From positions 35,402,001-35,466,000 of the forward strand of contig NC_043005.1 in the NCBI RefSeq assembly GCF_006345805.1: a stretch of 64,000 nucleotides of DNA. Reading direction: 5' to 3'. The translations under genes and the position numbers were made by a program. This document shows positions 35,590-47,577 of this stretch, piece by piece (positions within the stretch are counted from its first letter, which is position 1; each line of letters begins with the position of its first letter). Below the pieces are notes generated by a model. It saw only the letters and a program-made list of their open reading frames with translations, searched no databases and was not told where the DNA came from. The stretch comes from Octopus sinensis (Eukaryota).

Positions 35590-35900
35590 GCCACTGGCAC
35601 AATATATGGATCGGTGCAGCATGAAGGTCACGGTGAAGGACATTAGGGAAGAGGTTGATCTTCAGGTCGTTACCATCTTTGTAGCACAGCACGGGCATGT
35701 TTTGAACACGGAAGTGACTAGATATGACGTGTGATCGAATGGGGTCGTCAATGACCGAGAAATGACCACAAGGTTACTCAGGTGTGTTACACCCACAGTG
35801 AGACTTGTGCTGCAGATTAGACAGTCAAGTTGTACAACATGTGCGCCAGCTGGGCTCCCTATCATTTAAGAGCCATTTAAGTGCTTTCTACCCGGAAGTT
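35590..35900 (+). pseudogene. Possible L1/Tx1 ORF1 (gag-like) remnant
   Basis: MKVTVKDIREEVDLQVVTIFVAQHGHVLNTEVTRYDV*SNGVVNDREMTTRLLRCVTPTVRLVL..GLPII. Recalled resemblance to the region preceding the CCHC knuckles of Tx1 ORF1. Confidence 0.35.
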
Positions 35901-36157
35901 GAAAATACAAAAAAAAAAAAAAAAAATCAAGCGAACAACAACAACAACAACAACAACTACAAGAACTGTTGCTCTCAGAGTAGCTCATTGGTCGAGGTAC
36001 CGGAAATAGCGGAAGAGAAACACGCACAAGCGCACGTGCAATAACAAAACAGAAATATGTATTTTAAAAAATTTTGATACTGTTTATTTTATATTAATTT
36101 TGTTGTTGCTTCTGATGTCGCACGTCAATTATCGAATTTGCTCTGTTGACCTTTACT

Positions 36158-36300
36158 GATTTCAAATTTTGGCACAATGCCAGCAATTTCAGAGTAGGGG
36201 ATAAGTCGATTACATCAAACCCCAGTGTTAAACTGGTACTTTATCGACCTCGAAAGGATGAAAGGCAAAGTCGATTTGGGAGGAATTAGAACTCAGAATA
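36158..36300 (-). mobile_element. SINE family A copy (partial)
   Basis: TGGTACTTTATCGACCTCGAAAGGATGAAAGGCAAAGTCGA. Confidence 0.75.
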
Positions 36301-36744
36301 GTAGTAAATCGTTACTGCCATCACTGCCCCCACCCACCATCCATGTTTATTATAAAAACACTCTACTAGTAGTAGTAGTAGTACTGCTGTTGCCAGTAAA
36401 CTAGCATTCCACACATGTAGGCAACATGGAATGCATGAGAGAAAGTTAGAAGTAAAAAGGTCAAAATCTCCCTCAGATCACATCTGCTTTAAGGAGGGAG
36501 CAGGCATATTGACTAGTTTAATCTTAGATTGACTACGCCTGAGTTTTAGACATGATGGTCACGAATAGAGTATGCAGTGACTAGTGGAACCTCTCATCGT
36601 TACTTTTGTTATTTCTGCTGTGCGTGCGTGTGTGCTTTGTAATCAGTTCTTCACCCATCTCACACTGCTTGGCAATCAGTGTTGGCTCATTTACATTTCC
36701 GTAAGTTGATGGCTTGGCAAAAAAGAGACCGATACTATAAGTAT

Positions 36745-37054
36745 TCACCGTGATCACCGTGATCGACCAGGCTATCAGATGTTGCTACACATCGCTGGTC
36801 ACAATGTGCTTCGTATTGTTTTAGACTTCAAATGACGCCGCCCCGCTGGCTAAGCGAGCAGGCCAACAGAAGAAAGAGTGAGAGAAAGTTGTAGCGAAAG
36901 AGTATAGCAGGGATCGCCAGCATCCCCTGCTGGAGCCTTGTGGAGCTTTAGGTGTTTTCGCTCAATAAACACTCACAACGCCTGGTCTGGGAATCGAAAC
37001 CGCGATCCTACGACCGTGAGTCCGCTGCCCTAATCACTGGGCCATTGCGCCTCC
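36745..37054 (-). mobile_element. SINE family E with 11-bp TSD, nested in a family B-like copy
   Basis: Minus head GGAGGCGCAATGGCCCAGTGATTAGGGCAGCGG..GTTTCGATTCCC. ACTATAAGTAT at 36734-36744 and 37055-37065. Confidence 0.85.
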
Positions 37055-38589
37055 ACTATAAGTATCAGACTTCAAAAAAAAAAAAAAAAAAAAAAAAGAA
37101 GCGCTGTGGTCGATGGCTGCAGTCCAATGACTGAAACAATTAAAAGAGAAAAAGATAAAAGACGAAAATTCTCTCATCAATAAGTTGTATTGCCGTGAGC
37201 AGACGATATGGAATTAGCACAAAATACCTCAACGGATTATAAACTCGAGATGTCGTCTTTAACAACAACAAATGTCTTTAAACTTTCTCCCAATCTTTCT
37301 GCTTTTCTTCTTCATTCCTTCTCTCTGTTCTTCCTTTCTTTTTCTCTCTGTTCTTTTCTCTCACACCAATTCCCATTACCCTCTTCTTTCTATACTACTC
37401 TTTCTTCTCCGTTCTCTTTTATCTTTCGGTCTGTCACCTCATCCTCTTATCTTCTTTATACCAACGCGCTTTAACTCATTTCTTGTTTCTTCTCTCTCCT
37501 TCATGAATCCTACTTTCTCATTCTTTTACTCTCTCTTTGTTTCTCTTCCTCATTTCTTTTTCTTTTTTTCCTCCCAATATCAGGGTTTCAATTCCAGAAC
37601 CGGTCGATGCGTTCTGCTCTTGAGTAAAACACTTCTTTCCTCTCCGCTGCAAATGAATATCCCTCATGATGGACTGCCGTCCCGTTCAGTGGGTGGGGTT
37701 GAGATCAGAGTTACTTATACGCCCTGCAAACTGGATAAATGGTCCCATGACACCTAAGACTCGACACAGTATTGTCCCGGGTTGATGATGGCGATGATGA
37801 TGATGATGATGATGATGACGACAACGACGATGACGACGACGACGATGATGATGAGGAGGAGGAAGAGGATGATGATGACGATGATGACGATGATATATCC
37901 GACACTTTACATTATTTCTATCTCACCCTCTCTCACCACTTCCATCTTTTCTTTTCTCTCCACCTCTCACCCTTCTTATTTCTTTTTTTTCCTCTCCCTA
38001 ATTGCTCATGTACCATTTTCTTCTCTCCCTACAAACACCTTCACTTCTTCCATTCTTTCTTTTTCTCATACATTTCCCGTTTTCTTGCTTCTCATCTGTC
38101 TGTCTATCTGTCTGTCTCTCTCTGTCTCTCTCTCTGTCTCTCTGTCTCTCTTTCTCTTTCCTTCTCTCTTCGTGTGCAACGCTTTTTTTTTCTGCTTCCT
38201 CTCACTATCACTATCTACCTCTCTCACTATCCACTATCTATCTCTCTTTCAACAGCACTTTTAAAATCTTCTCTTCCGTTCATTTTATTTACATATATAC
38301 ACATTTATATATTTACTTTTGTCAACATATATTAAAAGAGTTTATTCTCCAGGATAACGTTTAAAAGCAACCGCCACGTTGGGGTCCGAACCCAGCTGTG
38401 CTAGCATCCTTCACCATTATAATAACTAGCGCTTGCTAACTTGTCAAACACCAATGCAGAAGCGATCTTTGTTTGTTCTATATCAAGTAACATCATGAAA
38501 ATACAATTTCTCGGAGAGGTCTTCAAATAACCTATTTGATAAAAAGCCATAAAACGGTTGCTCGTAAGGAGTCATAGTTAAGCAGTAGC

Positions 38590-38851
38590 ACAAACGAACG
38601 TACATCTATACATACACACATTACATACATACATACATACGTACATGCATACGTACATACATACATACATACATACATACATACATACATACATACATAC
38701 ATACATACATGCATGCATACATACATACACACATACATACATACATACATATACACACAGGCATAAGTACTTACGCAATATTATATGTATGAACATATAC
38801 ACTTGTTCACATACATGCTTATACATACACATACATACACACACACACACA

Positions 38852-38905
<54 letters not shown>

Positions 38906-39009
38906 AACATAGATATGCATACACACACAAAAGTGCATATATACATACATATATATGCATATATATAGAGATATATATATGCTTATATATATATATATGC
39001 ATATATATA

Positions 39010-39053
<44 letters not shown>

Positions 39054-39273
39054 TGCACACATCTATATATGTATAAATGTATGTGTATTCATGTGTATAC
39101 AGGTAGCTATATAATCTTTGTGTTTATCATACACAAACAGACATGTGCGCGCGCACATACGGTTGTGCGCGCATGTGTATATGTGTGTGTGTGTTTCCGT
39201 GTGTTTGTACGCGGCTGTGCGAGTGCATATGTCTAAGTACACATAAACACACACACACACACACATATACACA

Positions 39274-39317
<44 letters not shown>

Positions 39318-39422
39318 GACGTTTGTGTATAGAGTAAATATAAGTAACGAGCTGACAGAAGATAAAGGCGTAAATTGTTGTGTGCATATCTAGACAACCT
39401 GAACATGATTATAATTATGTAG

Positions 39423-39459
<37 letters not shown>

Positions 39460-39828
39460 CATAGACATATTTATGTATACACACACACATACCCACACAC
39501 ACATATATATATGTATATATATGTATATATATGTATATATATGTATATATATGTATATATATATATATATATAAATGTATGCATACATATTTACACACAC
39601 ATATATGTATATATATGTATATATGTATGTATAATATATATATAAATACATATTTGTGTGTGTATACACACACACACACACACACATATATATATGTATA
39701 TGCATATGTATATATTTATATGCATAACAAACACATGCACACATGCACACATATATGCATACACACACATATATAATACATATATGTATATATAAATAAA
39801 TAAATATATATGTATATATGTATGTATA

Positions 39829-39859
<31 letters not shown>

Positions 39860-40123
39860 ATATATATATATATATATAAATGTATGCATACATATTTACA
39901 CACACATATATGTATATATATGTATATATGTATGTATAATATATATATAAATACATATTTGTGTGTGTATACACACACACCACACACACATATATATATG
40001 TATATGCATATGTATATATTTATATGCATAACAACACATGCACACATGCACACATATATGCATACACACACATATATAATACATATATGTATATATAAAT
40101 AAATAAATAAATATATATGTATA

Positions 40124-40159
<36 letters not shown>

Positions 40160-40477
40160 ACCCATGCATGTATGGTTTTGTAATTATATATGATATGATG
40201 TCAGTCAGTAAGCTAGTCGACACATACATATACAATCATTTATATGTGTGCGCGTGTATTTGTGTTTGCGTGTATTTGTGTGTGTTTATGTGTGTGTGTG
40301 TGTGTGTGTGTGTGCGTATGTGTGTGTGTTTGTGTGCGTGCGTATATATCTAAATACACACGCGGATAAGTAGATAACTATACGCACACATATTCCGATT
40401 GATATGTAAGCTTTTATATATAAGCAAAACGGGTACCAAACACTCGCTGAAGTGCACTCACGTCACACATACATACA

Positions 40478-40544
<67 letters not shown>

Positions 40545-40644
40545 TACTTACACATAGGACATACAAGCATGTATGATAAAATAAAGGCAAAGGCAGGCAA
40601 ACAACTATCATACTATGACATATATTTACAAGCATACATACATA

Positions 40645-40678
<34 letters not shown>

Positions 40679-40720
40679 CATACATACATACATACATACA
40701 TACATACATACATACATACA

Positions 40721-40752
<32 letters not shown>

Positions 40753-41010
40753 CGTGCATGCATGCATCCATACATATACATACATGTATGTATATTGAAC
40801 AAACATGCATACATATATATACGTACATGCCTACATCCATCCATTCCTCCATACAAAGATATGCATGCATGTAGGAATACAAACATGTATATATATATAT
40901 ATATATATGTGCATACATATGTGCATCCATCCATCCATCCATCCATCCATCCATCCATCCATCCATCCATCCATACATACATACATACATACATACATAC
41001 ATACATACAT
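38590..41010. repeat. Compound microsatellite field of about 2.4 kb (TACA, CA, TA, TG, ATCC) with a 305-bp internal duplication
   Basis: Seen directly. ATAAATGTATGCATACATATTTAC at 39571 and 39876. Confidence 0.9.
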
Positions 41011-41344
41011 ACTTCTTTCTTTCCTCTACTGAGCGTCCAATAACACTATACTTGTTCCACGTCCTAGCGTTGTTGTATTTTCTCTTTTATGTTTTCATGT
41101 TTGGATTAACTTTACATACATACTCACATGAAGACGATTAGAAGTATAATTTCGTCAGTGGGTGAATGTGATGTGTAGTACACTTCGTGTCTCCTCTTTG
41201 CTCAGTTACCTAAAATCCTGATTGGGGAGTCGAGTGATGACGAAACAATATGCTCCACAGGGAAATGTTCAATTAAACGATCCCTTTTCCGAATCTGTTT
41301 GTCAATCCTATTTTTCATTCATCCATTAATTTATTCAATTGTGA

Positions 41345-41668
41345 AGGTGCGTGGATTGGTGGTAATGGATATTCGGCTCAAGATCGTAATGTCGTGTATT
41401 CGATACCCGGCGGCGCGTTGTGTCTTTGAACAAGACACTTTATTTCACGTTGTTCCTAGTTCACTCAACTTGCAAAAATGAGTTGTACCTGTATTTCAAA
41501 GTGCCAGTCTTGTGTCACATTCTGTGTTATGCTGAATCTTCCTGAGAACTACGTTAAGACTAGGCATGCTCGTTGAGTGCTTAGCCACTTGCACGTAAAT
41601 TTCACGAGCAAGCTGTTCTGTTGATCGGTTCAACTGGAACCCTCGGTGTCGTAACCGAATAAATGCCA
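41345..41668 (+). mobile_element. SINE family C copy
   Basis: GTATTCGATACCCGG head and ..GGAACCCTCGGTGTCGTAACCGA tail. Confidence 0.75.
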
Positions 41669-41829
41669 GTTATTTATTCATTTGCAAGATTCGAATTCGT
41701 TCTGATAATATTTCGTTCATGATAATATTTCCATTTCGATAATGAGTCCAAATTGTTAAATTCAAAGCTAAATGAAATATTAGCCTATTTTATTATATTT
41801 TCTCGTTGCTTCGGCGAACCATTTCCACC

Positions 41830-42320
41830 TTGTGGCACTTAGTTTCAGTTTGTCAGACCCCCCAGTCATTTATACTCACATCCATCCTAGCAGCCATTCC
41901 ATCTCTCGAACACCTCATCACATTACTCTTAGCTACATTTACTTTCAGTTTCCTCCTCTCACACACTCTTCCAAACTCTACCGCCAGTCTCCTGAGTTGC
42001 TCTTCCGAATCCGCCACCAGTGCCGTTTCATCAGCAAACAACAACTGACTCACCTGCGATTCCTCTCCATTTTCTCCCACCATTTAGGCTCCCCTACCAA
42101 AGGTTCTAGCATTTACCTTTCTCACCGCATCATCCATATATAAATTAAACAGCCACAGAGACATCACAAAACCCCGTCTTAACCTCACCATCACATCAAG
42201 CCACTCACTTACGTCACCACCCACATTAATGCATGCCCTACTTTCTCTATAAAAACTCTGAACAGCTCTCAACAATATACCATCTACTCCATACAACCAC
42301 AACACCTGCCACATTACACC
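41830..42320 (-). pseudogene. RTE-clade LINE reverse transcriptase fragment
   Basis: WQVLWLYGVDGILLRAVQSFY..VRLRRGFVMSLWLFNLYMD..QLLFADETALVADSEEQL..KLKVNVAKS (decayed QG and FADD motifs). Confidence 0.85.
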
Positions 42321-42348
42321 CCGATCCAGTCGGTCATATGTCTAAGTC

Positions 42349-42393
<45 letters not shown>

Positions 42394-43450
42394 GTGTGTG
42401 TGTATGTGTGTGTGTGTGTAGGTAAATGGATATGTAAGTAAACAGATAGATAGGTATATTGGTAATACGGACAGACAAGCACACACAAACCCATACACAC
42501 AGACACACTCAAACATGGATATGCAGAAAACATACATACATAAAAACGTACACACATACATACTTACATACATACACACATAATACATACATATGTGTAT
42601 ACACATGCACACTGACGCTTAGACATGCCCGCCAAACAAACAAACAAGCAAAAACAACGCAGCTCTGATAACGGACAGAGTCAACAACTATTGAAAAGGT
42701 TGCAAGACGCAACGAAAATTTTAGAAAAAAATAAGTAAGTAAATGAGTGGAAATCGAACCGGTGTGTGTGTTAAATAATAAGGCACTAAAAGAGAATGAT
42801 TCTCCCGAGACACAATAAATAATTATTGTTATACTTGTTGACCGGGGCCTGAATTTATCGCTGTACAGAGTCAGAACACCATTGTGGCCGTACAAGCGAA
42901 GCCTGTTAGAAATAGTTGCTAAATTTCCTCAAACCACTCTTCAATCGTCTTAAAAGTGAATAAAGAATACATTAGATATGGTAGTACTAGATCAGGGGTC
43001 GGTAAAAAATAGGCCACGCCCTACAAGTGTTTGGACTTTGAATAGTGCTAAAGAATTTCAAATTTAACTTATTTATGGAGCATTGAGCAGATGATAACTT
43101 TTACATAGTGTCTAGGATCACGGTTTGTTAAAGTTTGGTTTACGTAAGCAGTGGGCCAGTGATGGAAATTGAGGTAGGTGATATGTGAGGAGTATTCTTA
43201 TATGTAAAATATAGAAGTGGGTAAACGTAAAACAATATCAAAAGTGGAACATTATGAAAAGAAATTGCGCCAACATGGCTGTGTTGTTTAGAATCCTGCA
43301 CGTCAACTAAAATTATTAAATTCTTCTACGAATTTCTAGTAAATATTATATACAATTAGGCAGAACTAGGTTTGAGAGATTTATATCCTTATCGTGGACA
43401 CACAGACACACGCACAGACACAGACACAGACACACACACACACACACACA

Positions 43451-43516
<66 letters not shown>

Positions 43517-43665
43517 TACATGCACACACACACACACACTTGTGTCTCTTTGTGAGATTCAGAGTAATCAATTCTATGGTTATTAGCTGCCGCCATTTTA
43601 TTCATATTTTAATCTGGTGTACATTTCACAAATATAACAAAAAACTAGATACTTATTTAAACGCA

Positions 43666-44070
43666 TAGACATGGCTGTGTGCTTAAGAAGCTTGATTTGC
43701 AATCACGTGGTTTCGAGTTTAGTCCTTTTGTGCGGTACCTTGGGCAAGCGTCTACTACTATAGCTACGGATCGACGAATGCTTTGTGAGTGAAATTGGTT
43801 GATAGAAACTGTGTGAAATCTCATCGTATATGTGCGCGCGCGTGTGTGTGTGCACGAGTGTTTGTGTGTATGTGCGTGTAATTGTGCTTGTGCCTCACTA
43901 CTGCTTGGGTTGGCTTGTTTACGTCCCATAAGTTACCGATTTAGTAAAAGAGACCTATAGAATAAATACCAGGCTTTTAAAAAGTAAATACACGGGTCGA
44001 TTTGTTTGATTAAAGCCCTTCATAGCGTCGTTCCGCCATGGCTACTGTCCAATGACTGAAACAGGTAAAA
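43666..44070 (+). mobile_element. Diverged SINE family B copy
   Basis: ATGGCTGTGTG head, TTGGGCAAG body and AATGACTGAAACAGGTAAAA end. Confidence 0.75.
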
Positions 44071-44114
44071 TCTGTGTTCTAGACTATCCCTAAAAGAATG
44101 CCATTGATCATATT

Positions 44115-44919
44115 CTCCTTCTTAATCCTTTTCGCCCCTTGTGGAGCACAGGGCCTCAACAGTTATTTTCCACTTTTTGCTGTCATTGGCGTGTTTCTTG
44201 GCTGCTTCCCATGTCAGGCCGGTGGTCCTGAGCTCGTCCAAAATGCTCCGCTTCCATATCTGCTTCGGGCGTCCTCGCTTCCTTTTCCCCTGCGGGTTCC
44301 AGTCAAGTTCTTGTCGTGTCACATTTGAAGGTTCTTTCCGCAGTGTGTGTCCGATCCATCTCCATTTAATTCGTCTAATCTGAACATGTATGGGCTCCTG
44401 GTTGGCCCTTTCCCACAAGTCGGGGTTTGGCACTCTGTCGAACCCCTTTAGATGGAAGATCTGCCGGAGACATTTGTTGATGAAGGTCTGGATCCTCTTG
44501 TAGTTGCTGCAGGTGGCTCTCCATGTTTCAGAATTGCTCTCCATGTCTATCTTGGTAGCAAGATCTGCAAATCAGGTGGATCAGACGAGGACATCACGGC
44601 AAGAAGCAAGAAGGCTTGGCATGCCTTCGCTATTCTTCGGTCGGTATGGAACACAAGGCGGCGAGCTGGCAGAAACGTTAGCACGCCGGGCGAAATGCTT
44701 AGCGGTATTTCGTCTGTCGTTACGTTGTGAGTTCAAATTCCGCCGAGGTCGACTTTGCCTTTCATCCTTTCGGGGTCGATAAATTAAGTACCAGTTACGC
44801 ACTGGGGTCGATCTAATCGACTTAATAACCGATGTCTGTCCTTGCTTGTCCCCTCTATGTTTAGCCCCTTGTGGGTAATAAAGAAATAGGTATGGAAGTC
44901 CACTGCCATCTCAACTCGA
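44115..44919 (-). mobile_element. 5'-truncated, 5'-inverted RTE-clade LINE with 12-bp TSD
   Basis: Minus 44532-44122 SETW..WRWIGHTLRK..WNPQGKRKRGRP..EALCS. Plus 44545-44919 VYLGS..ARSKKAWHAF..RSVW[SINE]KSTAISTR. TSD ATTGAT(C/T)ATATT at 44103-44114 and 44920-44931. Confidence 0.9.
44652..44888 (+). mobile_element. Young SINE family A copy nested in the RTE element
   Basis: Full-length, with TSD GGTATGGAA at 44643-44651 and 44889-44897. Confidence 0.9.
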
Positions 44920-45692
44920 ATTGATTATATTAGGTATGAGCAATATGTTTTTTGATGTTTAACCCTAGGACTCACCTGGGCTTAAAAAAACAGCAACAAC
45001 GACGACAATTACTAGTACAACAACAACAACAACAACGCACGTACGCACGCACACACATAACAACAACAACAATAACAATAGTTGCAACAGAAACACACAC
45101 AACAACAACAACGCACGTACGCACGCACGCACATAACAACAACAACAATAACAATAGTTGCAACAGAAACACACACAACAACAACAACACTCATCTAACA
45201 TCCTTGTAATTCTAAGATACCGGTTCTTCTCCTAGATCTTCTACTAAAACATCCCCAAACCTTTAATTTTTATCTCCCGGAGACTACAACTTCCTTCCTG
45301 TCGGTCCATTTTCTTCGCCTCCCACCCCCAGTTTCAACCATTAACCTGCGTTCACCCAAACTAAATAGCGACTCCGTTAAGCATTCCTCCCGCTCTACAC
45401 CCCTACGAGTGGAGTGGCGGTTAGGGGAGTCAACTGGCCTTTCTCAACACACACACGCACACACACACACATACACACATACACACATACACGCATACAA
45501 GCATGCACGCACACACACAAAGACACTCACACATGTACAGATACACAAACGCGCACACACATACAAGCATGCACGCATGCATACACACAAACACACACAC
45601 ATATATATCTATATATACACACATATGTATTTGGGCTACACACATACTCACACACACACACAGACACACGCACACACACTCACACACAGACA

Positions 45693-45751
<59 letters not shown>

Positions 45752-45935
45752 CACACACACAAACATTTGTGTTTGTAAAATGTAACCTTGCCAGCATTGC
45801 TTCGTTTTTTGTCTTCTCCCTACGATCCCTTTCTGTCGTCTGATAAGGCTACAAATAGATCAACCCAGCTAAATGCCTCGGTTTCCTTGGTTACACTGAG
45901 CTCCATGGAAACGAAATGTTTGTTTAGGTGGAAGT

Positions 45936-45977
<42 letters not shown>

Positions 45978-47206
45978 AATAGCCACATTGATAACAACAA
46001 CAACATCAACTACATCAGCACTAGTACATTTAATCAAGAGAATAAATAGTCGAGTGAAAGGTTTTATAAGGGACGGTATCCACGTTAGGGAAAAAGGGTC
46101 AATCTATGGACAAGTATTAGTCAGGGGGCTTTTAGAGTGGTCTCTACTACGTCCGGCAATAATTGTTAATTTCTCTGTAACTACGATTGGATTCCATGGA
46201 AATCTCTGTCCGTGCACGTACACGCACACACACACACGCCCGCACGCACGAACACGCATAAACACACATATTCAAACACACACATACACACACCTACTTA
46301 TGTATTCATGTACATGCATATGTATATAATATGTGTGTGTGTGTATGTGCGATTTATATATATATATATATATGTGTATGCAGACAGGTACATACATGCA
46401 TATATATATATATGCGTATGTGTGTGCATATGCATATCTATATACGTATATATGTGCGTATTTGCGCGTGTCTGTGATGTGTGCGCGTGCGAGCGTCTGT
46501 GTGCTTATGCGCATGTGTACAGATCTGTGTATGCAGTGGTTAAGGGTTGTCCATACCACAATTCCCATGATCGAAGTGCGTTTAGCAATCGTGTCATCGG
46601 AACCCAACATAATCAGAAGAATTTACCATTCCGCCCCCCCCCACCTCACTAAAGCATGGCATCTGATTTACAGAACTACAAAGACCAATTGTCACATAAT
46701 ACAAACATCGAATTGTTCGAAACTATTTAGTTTTCATCAGCTTAATTCCTATAACGACATCACCGCACAGTGTATTTTTTATACGCCACAGTAGTAGGTA
46801 TGTATTTACGTGCGTTAAGCAAGATTAAAAGCTCATCGTTTAAACGATCGTATAGCCATCCTCATAATTAGGCAAAGCCGACGACCGTGGGAGATTTTAA
46901 TAAGAATACCCATTTACGTTTAGTTTTCGGTTTATCACCTTGCGCTTTATGTGGTTGGCCTCAGATCAATTTGTTTTGACTAATAGTCACTAGAATTGCT
47001 ACGTCAAAATTATTCTGTTTTCGGAATTAATCAAAATATGATGTCGTATTAGGTTGAAGTGGGTATAAGATTCCTGTTCAGAATTGGTAAAGAATGCAAG
47101 ATGAACATTTTCTGTGAGAGAAATATTATGATACAGTGTTTGAATGTATAATTGACCAAATATTTGTAACTTTTACTTTCACTTTCGTTAAATCAAAATT
47201 AATACC

Positions 47207-47294
<88 letters not shown>

Positions 47295-47336
47295 GTTGCC
47301 TAGCCATCTATCCATCCATCCATCTACTTATCTATC

Positions 47337-47508
47337 ACGATCCCTTTTGATCGAAAACCTACGCCACGTTTTTTTTTGTTTCTTTTTTTTGTTTTTTTGT
47401 TTTATTTTTTTTTGTTTTATTTTTGTTTTTTTTCATCCCCCAAAAGAAAAGCTCTACCTTGTAACTTGTCCCATCTGTGTGCAGCCCTGTGTGGCCAATA
47501 AAGAAACG
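47337..47508 (+). mobile_element. Tx1-like LINE copy 1 (3' UTR tip only)
   Basis: ACGATCCCTTTTGATCGAAA..GCAGCCCTGTGTGGCCAATAAAGAAA, flanked on both sides by (TATC)n. Confidence 0.85.

Positions 47509-47577
<69 letters not shown>

Noticed and set aside
46700-46745. Minus-strand CTGATGA with a short hairpin
   Set aside because: GAAA is replaced and stems I and III are absent; likely chance.
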